Shown piece after piece: positions 49,453 through 58,256 of a stretch of DNA of 64,000 bases. The notes under the pieces were generated by a model. That model saw nothing but the letters and a program-made list of their open reading frames with translations, searched no databases and was not told the DNA's origin. The number at the start of each line of letters is the position of its first letter. The first letter of the stretch is position 1. A program made the position numbers and the translations under genes. The stretch is taken from contig JANRII010000058.1 of NCBI GenBank assembly GCA_033765135.1, positions 2,982-66,981 on the forward strand. The letters run 5' to 3'. The stretch comes from Pseudanabaenaceae cyanobacterium bins.39 (GTDB lineage: Bacteria; Cyanobacteriota; Cyanobacteriia; Pseudanabaenales; Pseudanabaenaceae).

Positions 49453-49593
49453 GAAAATGTTTGAGAAGTTTTGATCCCCCTAAATCCCCCTTAAAAAGGG
49501 GGACTTTTTTAACCTAACCCCCCTTTTTGTAAGGGGGGTTAGGGGGGATCAATCAGTATTTTTAGAGAATGCCCACACCTCTCAAACAGGCTC
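49453..49593 (+). mobile_element. MITE copy 4 (141 bp), inserted at the stop codon of the methyltransferase
   Basis: TAA-GAAAATGTTTGAGAAGT ... ACCTCTCAAACAGGCTC-TTA. Confidence 0.85.
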
Positions 49594-50796
49594 TTACAAT
49601 AAAGTAATGATCTGCATTTTTTGCAGCGATCGCACTTCATCTAGGTTTATATTCACCGATGCCAAAATTTGCGCCACGGTATGAGCAGCACTGGGGTTAT
49701 TGGCGGCAGCTAAGAGAAATTGCCACTGTTGATCCGTAATTTTCGCGATTTGATAGTTGTAATCAAAAAAACTAGGACTCTCTTGCCATCCATAGATACA
49801 GGGGCTAGGCTCAGGAATTGCGGCAAGTAGATCGCGATCGCTTTGCCAGTTTTGCCGTACCAAGGGAGGACGACCTAAGAAGAATTCATAGTGGGATATG
49901 GTATGGGGATCTAGTACTTCGATCAGCCGATATAGCTCCCGTTCACTTAAATTTTGCGATCGCGCCATCAGGTCTGGCACTTTCCCTAACAGTCTTTCTA
50001 AATCCCATACCTGCGGATTAGAAAAACCCAGAAACTCCAATCCTGAAGCATCAATTAGCTCAAAAAGACTGTATATGTTGTAATCAATTTCTTGGGGATG
50101 CACATACATATCCGCAAAACAAGCATCTTGCTGATTTTCCATCGCCCAACGTTCCATCTCCCGACGACGCAAACAGTTGGTATCAGGCAAGGTGGCAAAA
50201 ATTTCGCGTCCCACTCGCACCCCATCCCTATAGTCGCCGCGCCGATCGCCTTGCAACAAAGCGATCGCCTCCTGCATCAACCGAATTTCCCATCTGCCCA
50301 ATTCACTATAGACAAAAATATGTAATAGTCCCCCTGGGGATAATTTCTTGGCTAGGGCTTGGATACCTCGAATCGGATCGGCGGTGTGGTGTAACACACC
50401 AACTGAGTTAATTAAATCAAATTCTCCTTCTAGGCGATCGGCATCAAATAAGCTCAGGTGATGAAACTCCACCCGTGACGCTCCCGAACGCTGACAACGC
50501 TCCTTTGCTACAGCCAGAGTGCCTTCACTAATATCAATACCTACTACCGAAGCATGGGGATTGAGATGCACCAAATATTCAGTACTTACGCCCGATCCAC
50601 AACCTGCATCAAGAATCCGAATATCTTGTTTAGATGGCCTGAAGCCTGTGCAAAAATTATGGGCGGCCTGCCAATTCCAGCGCCAGTTATACCCCGGAGG
50701 TGGCTCGTCTAAGATTGGCTCAGGTGGAAATGGATAAGCATTATACAGAGTCGCAACGGACTCGCGGACTTTTTCGTTATCAGTATTGAAACTCAT
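49594..50796 (-). CDS. class I SAM-dependent methyltransferase (conserved cyanobacterial)
   Basis: ILDAGCGSG motif I, GIDIS, SVGVLHH, FADMYVHPQE. Confidence 0.88.
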   Translation of the reverse strand: MSFNTDNEKVRESVATLYNAYPFPPEPILDEPPPGYNWRWNWQAAHNFCTGFRPSKQDIRILDAGCGSGVSTEYLVHLNPHASVVGIDISEGTLAVAKERCQRSGASRVEFHHLSLFDADRLEGEFDLINSVGVLHHTADPIRGIQALAKKLSPGGLLHIFVYSELGRWEIRLMQEAIALLQGDRRGDYRDGVRVGREIFATLPDTNCLRRREMERWAMENQQDACFADMYVHPQEIDYNIYSLFELIDASGLEFLGFSNPQVWDLERLLGKVPDLMARSQNLSERELYRLIEVLDPHTISHYEFFLGRPPLVRQNWQSDRDLLAAIPEPSPCIYGWQESPSFFDYNYQIAKITDQQWQFLLAAANNPSAAHTVAQILASVNINLDEVRSLQKMQIITLL

Positions 50797-50884
50797 TGAA
50801 GACAGACATCTAGTTAAGTTTATTTATCCTATAGCAATGATCTAGGACTGCTTGCTATATGCAATGATAATGCTATGACTAAAT

Positions 50885-50975
50885 AAAAAAACCCACCGTT
50901 TCCAGTGGGTTGATTATTTTTTGTGTTGAGTGCGGATATCTTAAATCATTTTTTGACCAATGATATTAAGATTTT
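50885..50975 (-). ncRNA. candidate ~90-nt small RNA (promoter, hairpin, single-stranded linker, terminator)
   Basis: Minus strand: TACAAT -10 at 50986-50981, 5' hairpin 50972-50938, linker CCGCACTCAACACAAAAAA, terminator ACCCAC/GTGGGT + U-run. Confidence 0.45.
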
Positions 50976-51222
50976 CGCAAATTGTATGATTTTATCCTAA
51001 AAAACAGTGATCTTATAGATTACGCTCTTCTAGGAATAGCAAATCTAAAAATTGCTACGCCATTTTTAGATTTAACAAGCCTTGCTGAGTCCGATTTTTA
51101 ATTCACAGAGGTGTCGTCATGCTTTTGTGAATTGGTATAACCTAATCCCAATCCTCGAAAGTGCGGACATGCCCTAGAGAATTGGGATTAGTCTTAATTT
51201 GTGAGCCGTAACGAGATTTTTT

Positions 51223-51519
51223 ATGTCCGAAGAAGTAAAGCTTTCTCCACCTTCTCCCCTCAAAAACTTAACAGGAGCATTACTGGCCGCCACCCTTGCC
51301 ACTGGCTTATATGCCTTTACAAATATGGTTGCCCAAAAGTTAGCAGCAACTCCCCTTCAAGTTTCCAATACCCTTGCGACAAGGCTATCTCTACTCGTGA
51401 GGACATTACTGCTTTCCCTTGGTACGGGGGCAACTATGATTTTCGGTATCATTGCCCTAGGCTTGGTACTGCTTACCTGCAAACAACTTGTGATGGCTGT
51501 TTGGCAAAAGCAACCTTGA
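51223..51519 (+). CDS. DUF3082-like small membrane protein
   Basis: PSPLK.LTGAL.A..LA..LY, LVRTLL..L...AT.IFG...LGL pattern. Confidence 0.75.
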   Translation: MSEEVKLSPPSPLKNLTGALLAATLATGLYAFTNMVAQKLAATPLQVSNTLATRLSLLVRTLLLSLGTGATMIFGIIALGLVLLTCKQLVMAVWQKQP

Positions 51520-51520
51520 T

Positions 51521-53527
51521 TTACCAGTTTAAAACAATGCCCTGCGATCGCATTACTTCCTGTAGTTCACCTAACTTCCCGCGCTCCAAAATGGCCTGAG
51601 GTGTAAGTGATGGATCATTGCTAAGGGCAATCCATGCGGCTGTAATGCCTGCTGCCGAACCTGCTGACCACTCACCCACATGGATACGGGTGGCTCCATT
51701 GACAATATGGCTAACAGCCATAACCTTGCTACCCATGAGTAAGTTATCGATACGCTGGGGAATGAGGCTCTCAAAGGGCAAGATGATGGGTAGCACCTTA
51801 TCTTCATTGGCAGGAGCCGCACTGGGAGATTTAGATGGTTCCCAATTGCGATAGCGGCAACCATGCATATCGATCGCGTAATGGGTTAAGCCAATGGAAG
51901 TTGCCCGAAAATCGCGCCCACCATCCATATCATTACGGATATCCTGCTCACGCATCATAAACTCAGACTGCCCATAGGCTGACCTGCCCAAAATCCTGCG
52001 TCCCTCACGAATATATGGATACATGCTGAGTCCAGATTCTGTGGGCATGGGGCTGTCAGGGCCAGACATCATTCGGAGAGGAAACTTTGATGATGCATAC
52101 TTTTCTATGAGCCATTCGGCAAATAGCAGGGCATGGTTTTCACCATCCTTGAGGGCAACCGTATTTAAGCCACCCATCCAGTTTTGATGCTGTCCCGAAG
52201 CATTAATTTGCTGTTCGGTCAAAATGAGGGGAGGGTTCATCACGCCCCAATCATTGCCCCGATTCCAATTAACTACGGTCATATCGCCTTCTGCGGGCGT
52301 AGCTGTGAAGGGGTCATCCCGTTTCATGCTGACAATACGGCGATAATTAAATACGCTGTTACCTTCAAACATGGGAAATCTGCCTAGGTCGTAGTCTCGC
52401 CGATGTTCTTCGCGAGAGTAGCCAGGTTCGACCTTGTTTAATTCTTTGAGCGATCGCCCTCCATCATCGGCAATTTTTAAGACAAAGGGAAAGGTAAAGG
52501 CTTGGGTACAGTCGGGATTGTCTGCCACCGCATGAACTTCGCCAGTTGTACTAAAGCCCTCCGCGCCCACACGATGGGGCAGATTTGCCCAGCCAATCAG
52601 TTCGCCTGTATCAGTGGCATCGATAACCTGTAGCTGTTTGCCTGAGGGAGCTTGTAGGCGAATGGGCTTTTTGATAAAGGTTTCGTCTGAGTTCCAGTTA
52701 TACCAACTCTTGAGTTCGCGCGAGAGGCGACCCTTAGCAATATAGTTAGGATCGCGGGGAATCCTTTTGACAGCATGGATGGCGGTAATGCGATCGCCCA
52801 TATCATTAAAACTTGCCCCTTTAAAAGCAATTTGGGTATCCCAGCGACTCTTGGGCGCAGATTTTTGGGCTTCGCGGAGAAATTCTTCTGAGGCAAGCTC
52901 CCCTGAATAGGGCGTGAAGCAGAGGTTGCCCACCCAGCAGCTATTAGTATCAGCAACCACTGCCCCCGGTTTGAGGTAGGAATATTTTTGGGGTAAGGCG
53001 GGTTGGCTGGCAATAATATTTTTGAAATGTGTCCAACTGAGGGGAAATTGTTGACGATAGCGCATAAGCAGAGATTCATCGATCGCGCTGACCCCTTGGG
53101 AGCTAACTTGACCGCCGAGCATTGGTGTTAACTCGATCAAGCAGGTGGTTGCTCCTGTTTTCATGGAATGATAAGCTGCTGCCACTCCCCCTAAGGAACC
53201 GCCCACAATTGCTACATCGCATTCCCAGACTTCGGCATCGGCTGGGGGTTGGGGGTTCAGTACTGGTAGTCCATTGCGATCAAAGAGGGGTAAGTTGGCA
53301 TTACTGACTGTAATAGTTTGAGGTTGGGGATTAGGGGTAATTGCTTCCCGATTGATACTGCTGATCTGCCATGTTCTTGCGGCGGCTCCACTGATCGTTG
53401 TTCCTAAAAATATCAGAAATAAGAAATGGTGCAGTCTGGGTCGAAACATAGGTTTCATGGCTTCATCGTCGCTATTTTCGCGATCGCTAAGGGGTGCTGG
53501 TTGATCTGGAGAATCTTGATCGCTCAT
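51521..53527 (-). CDS. FAD-dependent oxidoreductase with N-terminal membrane anchor
   Basis: DVAIVGGSLGGVAAA Rossmann motif, LGGQVSSQGVSA.DE, IDATDTGEL, PYIREGRR. Confidence 0.88.
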   Translation of the reverse strand: MSDQDSPDQPAPLSDRENSDDEAMKPMFRPRLHHFLFLIFLGTTISGAAARTWQISSINREAITPNPQPQTITVSNANLPLFDRNGLPVLNPQPPADAEVWECDVAIVGGSLGGVAAAYHSMKTGATTCLIELTPMLGGQVSSQGVSAIDESLLMRYRQQFPLSWTHFKNIIASQPALPQKYSYLKPGAVVADTNSCWVGNLCFTPYSGELASEEFLREAQKSAPKSRWDTQIAFKGASFNDMGDRITAIHAVKRIPRDPNYIAKGRLSRELKSWYNWNSDETFIKKPIRLQAPSGKQLQVIDATDTGELIGWANLPHRVGAEGFSTTGEVHAVADNPDCTQAFTFPFVLKIADDGGRSLKELNKVEPGYSREEHRRDYDLGRFPMFEGNSVFNYRRIVSMKRDDPFTATPAEGDMTVVNWNRGNDWGVMNPPLILTEQQINASGQHQNWMGGLNTVALKDGENHALLFAEWLIEKYASSKFPLRMMSGPDSPMPTESGLSMYPYIREGRRILGRSAYGQSEFMMREQDIRNDMDGGRDFRATSIGLTHYAIDMHGCRYRNWEPSKSPSAAPANEDKVLPIILPFESLIPQRIDNLLMGSKVMAVSHIVNGATRIHVGEWSAGSAAGITAAWIALSNDPSLTPQAILERGKLGELQEVMRSQGIVLNW

Positions 53528-53683
53528 AGAATTTCAACAACTTGTAGAGTCGAATAACACTTGTTAAGTTACATGTCAATTATATATATCGAGTACAAAT
53601 ACTCATGCAAATACTTATACCAATTTAGCAAGGTATAATTTCGCGTTTCTCTGAAAGTTGATCTAAACTTGATCTAAACTCGA

Positions 53684-55084
53684 TTGATATCTATGCTAAT
53701 TCAACAACTCTCCAAACCCATAGAGCCTCCTAACTTGTGGAATTGCGATCGCCAAGATATTCTCGATTATTTCCAGAGGGCTTGGGAAATTGAAGAATGC
53801 TTAATGAAATGTGTTGTCGATCCAGATATCTTTTATGTCAATCCAGACCCTTTACGCAATCTATTAATATTTTATTTGGGACACTCGGCGGTATTTTATA
53901 TCAATAAATTGGTACAGGTTAATCTCATTACCCAAAGGATCAATCCTCATTTTGAGATGATTTTTGAAATTGGTGTTGATCCAGAGCGTCCCGATGACAT
54001 TGTGGAAATCTTTAAGGACTTGCGCCAAGTTAATGTGGAGTCTGTATGGGAATATCGAGAGCAGGTTTATCAAAGAGTTTGTCAATTAATTTCTAGTTTT
54101 GGTTCTTTGGATTTGCCGATTACGCCTAGCCATCCACTCTGGGCATTGATGATGGCGATCGAGCATCAGTATATTCATATTGAAACTTCATCCATGCTGT
54201 TTCGACAGTTGCCCCTTGAGCAATTGCAATGTCCAAGCTGCTGGCAGTATGAGGTTAATTATCACCAGCGATCGCCAGTTTCCATTTCGCAGTCAATGGT
54301 TAAGATTAATGGCGGTTTAGTGCATCTAGGGAAACCCCAAGACGACTATACCTATGGTTGGGATATTGAGTATGGCGATCGCCTAGTGCAAGTACCAACA
54401 TTTTGGGCAAGCAAGTATTTAATCACCAACCATGATTTTTTAGAGTTTGTGAGGGCAGGTGGCTATGAAAATCAAGACTATTGGAGTGATGCAGCTTGGC
54501 AGTGGAAAGTAAATCATGGGGTGCATCATCCTAAATTTTGGATTCCACAAGAACCCCATCGCGATGGCTCTGAGTCAATGGCTTATCAATATCGATCCCT
54601 ATTTGCTCAAGTGGAAATGCCTTGGTATTTTCCTGTGGAAGTTAACTATTATGAGGCGATCGCCTATTGCCAATGGAAAGGAAACCTGCGCCTTATGAGC
54701 GAAGCAGAATGGAATCTCGCCACCTATGGCTCCATTACTGAACCTAAAGATGCCGATATCAGTCAATACAATCTCAATTTGCGCTATGGCTCTCCCCATG
54801 TGGTTGGCTCCTGCTCTAGGGATGAGTCAGAATTGGCAGACCTGCGCGGTAATGTGTGGGAATGGTTGAGTGACCACCTTACTCCCTTGACTGGCTATCA
54901 GCCCCATCCCCTCTACGCCAATTATTCGGCTCCCTATTTTGATGAATGTCATCATATGATGGTGGGTGGCTCATGGATTACTGGCGGTACTCAGGCAGGA
55001 AGATATTATCGCAATTGGTTTCGTCCCCATTTCTATCAACATAGCGGATTTAGGGTTGCGGCAACTTCTCTCCAAACTGAGTGA
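53684..55084 (+). CDS. 5-histidylcysteine sulfoxide synthase (OvoA-type DinB + FGE-sulfatase), no methyltransferase domain
   Basis: LIFYLGHSAVFYINKL, EHQYIHIETSS (HX3HXE), GNVWEW, GGSW, RNWFRPHFYQHSGFR. Confidence 0.88.
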   Translation: MISMLIQQLSKPIEPPNLWNCDRQDILDYFQRAWEIEECLMKCVVDPDIFYVNPDPLRNLLIFYLGHSAVFYINKLVQVNLITQRINPHFEMIFEIGVDPERPDDIVEIFKDLRQVNVESVWEYREQVYQRVCQLISSFGSLDLPITPSHPLWALMMAIEHQYIHIETSSMLFRQLPLEQLQCPSCWQYEVNYHQRSPVSISQSMVKINGGLVHLGKPQDDYTYGWDIEYGDRLVQVPTFWASKYLITNHDFLEFVRAGGYENQDYWSDAAWQWKVNHGVHHPKFWIPQEPHRDGSESMAYQYRSLFAQVEMPWYFPVEVNYYEAIAYCQWKGNLRLMSEAEWNLATYGSITEPKDADISQYNLNLRYGSPHVVGSCSRDESELADLRGNVWEWLSDHLTPLTGYQPHPLYANYSAPYFDECHHMMVGGSWITGGTQAGRYYRNWFRPHFYQHSGFRVAATSLQTE

Positions 55085-55658
55085 GGTCAAGGGCATGGCC
55101 TCCAGTGACTAGGTAAACGTGATTGGCGATCGCGCCGATTTTGCGGCTAATTGCACCAAGGCGATCGCGAAATTTGCGACCTGATGCATAGGCAGGGACT
55201 ATTCCCCAGCCCACTTCTTCGCTTACAAATGTCAATTTGAAATTGTTTCGAGAAATGATGGATTCCAGAGATTGCAGTAACTCCTGTTCTTGCTTCAACC
55301 AATCTGGATCATCGACTTCTAATAAATTAGCAACCCAAGTACCAAGGGAATCTACAAGTATATGGGTGGGTTCGTGATGAGAATCTTTTTCAGGATATCC
55401 TTCTGAATTTAGCGAACTCTGAAATAGATCGATAATAGTGCCAGTTAGGTCAATGGGAACTTCTAAAGTTTGCCAACTATCTGGACGGCGATCACGATGT
55501 TTGAGAATACGAGCGTCCCATTCATGGTCGGCGGCGTAGCGTTGCGCTGTAGCAATATAGATAACTTTACAGGCATTCTGTTGAACTGATCGCATGGCTA
55601 GATGTTCTGCCCATTCACTTTTACCTGATCGGGTTGCACCTGTAACTAGGGTAAGCAT
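55050..55658 (-). CDS. cobU: adenosylcobinamide kinase / cobinamide-phosphate guanylyltransferase
   Basis: GATRSGKSEWAE, YIATA, RI..HR.RRP..W.T.E, VSEEVGWGIVP. Confidence 0.94.
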   Translation of the reverse strand: MLTLVTGATRSGKSEWAEHLAMRSVQQNACKVIYIATAQRYAADHEWDARILKHRDRRPDSWQTLEVPIDLTGTIIDLFQSSLNSEGYPEKDSHHEPTHILVDSLGTWVANLLEVDDPDWLKQEQELLQSLESIISRNNFKLTFVSEEVGWGIVPAYASGRKFRDRLGAISRKIGAIANHVYLVTGGHALDLTQFGEKLPQP

Positions 55659-55909
55659 TTTTGTTGAATTTTATTTTAATAATTATAGAAATAATCACAA
55701 ATTTCTTGCCAGAACAAGCAGATTTAGCTTTCTTAAAGTTAGGAGGAGCAGCAGGTAAGACTTGTTGAAATACTCGGATGAAATGGAATTTAGTAGTTGC
55801 GCTCCTGTGCAGTATAGTAATCTATTAGACCATGAACACAATAGGGTACGGCATACCCAAATTGATGCCTAGTGTCAAATAATGTGATCGCAACTCAAAC
55901 AAACCCTAT

Positions 55910-56530
55910 ATGTTTACCTTTGCTTTGCCTAAAGGCTCCTTACTCAAAGATTCCATTCACCTATTACAGAAGGCGGGACTAGATTTTAGTGCCTTTCTTG
56001 ATGCGTCTAACCGCCAACTGCAAATTACCGATCCAACGGGTAGCGCTAAGGCTCTGTTAGTCAGAGCGCAAGATGTCCCAGTCTATGTGGAATATGGACA
56101 GGCACAGCTAGGTATTGTCGGCGAAGATGTGTTGCGCGAAAAACAACCTAAAGTTGCGAAACTATTAGACTTAGGCTTTGGAGGATGTCGCATGTCGATC
56201 GCCGTTTCAGGGGAAAGCCGCTATCGTTCACCCCTTGACCTGCTACCCCATAGCCGCATTGCTTCTAAGTATGTAGGTTGCGCCCGTGCCTATTTTGATA
56301 GCATCGATTTGCCTGTCGAAATTATTCCTCTGTACGGCTCCGTTGAGCTAGGTCCAATTACAGGAATGGCAGAAGCGATCGTTGATCTAGTCTCCACAGG
56401 CAAAACTCTCAAAGACAACGGCTTAATCGAAATTGCCGTACTCTATCACAGTACAGCGAGGCTGATCGCCCATCCCCTAAGCTATCGATTGCAGAGCGAT
56501 CGCTTTAGTCATCTCATCAGCCAGTTCTAA
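55910..56530 (+). CDS. hisG: ATP phosphoribosyltransferase, short form
   Basis: [53 protein letters not shown]. Confidence 0.96.
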   Translation: MFTFALPKGSLLKDSIHLLQKAGLDFSAFLDASNRQLQITDPTGSAKALLVRAQDVPVYVEYGQAQLGIVGEDVLREKQPKVAKLLDLGFGGCRMSIAVSGESRYRSPLDLLPHSRIASKYVGCARAYFDSIDLPVEIIPLYGSVELGPITGMAEAIVDLVSTGKTLKDNGLIEIAVLYHSTARLIAHPLSYRLQSDRFSHLISQF

Positions 56531-56589
56531 TTTCCAAAAATGGCTATGCCATTTTTGGGGTTGCTTTATTATTAGGCAAGCATCAAGAT

Positions 56590-57492
56590 TTACCGAGATT
56601 CATAACACTGCTGGGCTAAGACATCGGCGTAGGGAGTTTCGTGTAAATGTGCCTTACCAACGGAACCAAAAAGACTAAGCTTCTCCATGATCACATCTTG
56701 CATTGCGGCGATCGCTTCTCCCGCAATCTCTAGCAAATCCTTAGGACTTTCCCCACAAATTTCTTGCTTGAGAGCCTGCATATAGGCTTGGCGTACTTCA
56801 GTATTCACATTAAACTTGCAAACCCCCAACTGCATAGAACGAACAATCATTTCCTTGGGCAGTCCAGAGGCTCCATGCAAAACCAGAGGAATATCAACTA
56901 AATTACGAATTTTTTCTAGTCTCGCAAAGTCTAAACGAGGAGGACTCTTATATTCACCATGCACATTGCCAATGGTGACAGCGATCGCATCTACCTTAGT
57001 TTGATTCACAAATTCATAGGCCTGCAAAGGATCAGTCATCTTCGCCTCCTTCTCAGCGATCGTTAACCCATCCTCAGTGCCGCTAATTCTACCAATTTCA
57101 GCCTCCACAACCGCATGAAACTCATGGGCAAGAGCCGTCATCTCCCGCGTAAACTCTAAGTTTTTTTCATAGGTCATAGGGGAACCGTCAGCCATAATTG
57201 ATCGTATCCCTGCCGCCAATGCTAATCGAATATCACTGGTAGAGGTACTGTGATCAAGATGCACCGAAATCGGTACTGTTGCCGATCTGGCCGCCTCCAT
57301 ACACATCTTGACCAAAGGCAACTTGCCGTAGGTAAGCGCACTAGGGTGTAATTGCAACATTGCAGGACTAGAGCTAACTTCAGCCGCACTGATCACAGCC
57401 TTAACACCTTCCAAGTTATATACATTAAATGCCCCGATCGCATAGGCATTACGTCTCGCAGTCTCTAACAACTCCCTAGTCGAACTTAGCAT
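56590..57492 (-). CDS. class II (Zn) ketose-bisphosphate aldolase, GatY/KbaY-like subtype
   Basis: GAFNVYN, VHLDH, EAEIGRISGTED, IGNVHG, VLHGASG, KFNVNTE. Confidence 0.9.
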   Translation of the reverse strand: MLSSTRELLETARRNAYAIGAFNVYNLEGVKAVISAAEVSSSPAMLQLHPSALTYGKLPLVKMCMEAARSATVPISVHLDHSTSTSDIRLALAAGIRSIMADGSPMTYEKNLEFTREMTALAHEFHAVVEAEIGRISGTEDGLTIAEKEAKMTDPLQAYEFVNQTKVDAIAVTIGNVHGEYKSPPRLDFARLEKIRNLVDIPLVLHGASGLPKEMIVRSMQLGVCKFNVNTEVRQAYMQALKQEICGESPKDLLEIAGEAIAAMQDVIMEKLSLFGSVGKAHLHETPYADVLAQQCYESR

Positions 57493-57697
57493 AATAATTG
57501 GAGAATGATGGCGGATTGATTACACAGAGTGAAGTAATCATATACTTTTTCGGGATTCACAGGCAGACTTCATGGCAGGTTGTAGCCCACCTTGGCAAAG
57601 ATTTGGCAAAGATAAAGAAATTTAGTAAAGACAGGGATAACAAAATATAAGTTATTATTATTCTTAATATAAATAAATATTTCTTTAAATCTTTAAA

Positions 57698-58024
57698 ATG
57701 CAAGTAATCAATTCAGAATGGACTAAAACAGAAGAAGAAATTGCCCGTCAAGCCTTTGATATTGCCTATAAAAGAGAAATTGCCGCCATAATTGACACTG
57801 TTCGCCAGAGGGTCAACAACCTATCGGAAATCGATGAAATGTGGCGTTTACATGATTTTTTGAGCGTCAAGCGCCATGAAATTGATGGACGATATGATTA
57901 CCGTCTGCCCATGTTGGTCTTTGTTTTTGCTGGATTGGTGAAGGATGGCTGGCTCAGTATTAGTGAGCTTGAAGGATTAAATGCAGACAAAATCGCTAAA
58001 ATCATGGCTCTTTCACGAATGTAA
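57698..58024 (+). CDS. frp: fluorescence recovery protein
   Basis: W...E...A..AF..AY.RE, W.LHDFLS.KRHEIDG.YD.R, FVFA.LVK.G. Confidence 0.93.
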   Translation: MQVINSEWTKTEEEIARQAFDIAYKREIAAIIDTVRQRVNNLSEIDEMWRLHDFLSVKRHEIDGRYDYRLPMLVFVFAGLVKDGWLSISELEGLNADKIAKIMALSRM

Positions 58025-58256
58025 ATACGATGCATCATGCAAATGATTGAATAATTTATCCTAGAAATTAGCCTTAATGTATAGGTAAATATCTATCCTT
58101 TGAGGCTTTGTGATTGTAAACACACTAGGATTTAATTAATAGTGGCAGTAATTTTTGAGCAAGCAAAGTTTAAGTCTTATCATCTTAAACCTCGCTTTCA
58201 TATTGCTGTCACAAACTGGAAATTCACTAATTTGCTGCACCATAATACTGACTCCC

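Noticed and set aside
50920-50935. Identification of the sRNA candidate as Yfr1
   Set aside because: The linker ACTCAACAC does not match the invariant ACTCCTCACAC, and the usual guaB/trxA context is absent
55050-55084. Convergent 3' overlaps (ovoA-like/cobU 35 nt; also crtW/60140, ABC-F/nadC and 2750/lptC)
   Set aside because: Short convergent overlaps are common in compact cyanobacterial genomes; no evidence of regulatory meaning
55741-55828. 16-aa hydrophobic micro-ORF MKWNLVVALLCSIVIY, or a cobalamin riboswitch upstream of cobU
   Set aside because: The AGGAGG lies about 30 nt too far upstream of the ATG, and no B12-box (GGGAA...GCCACTG) consensus was found
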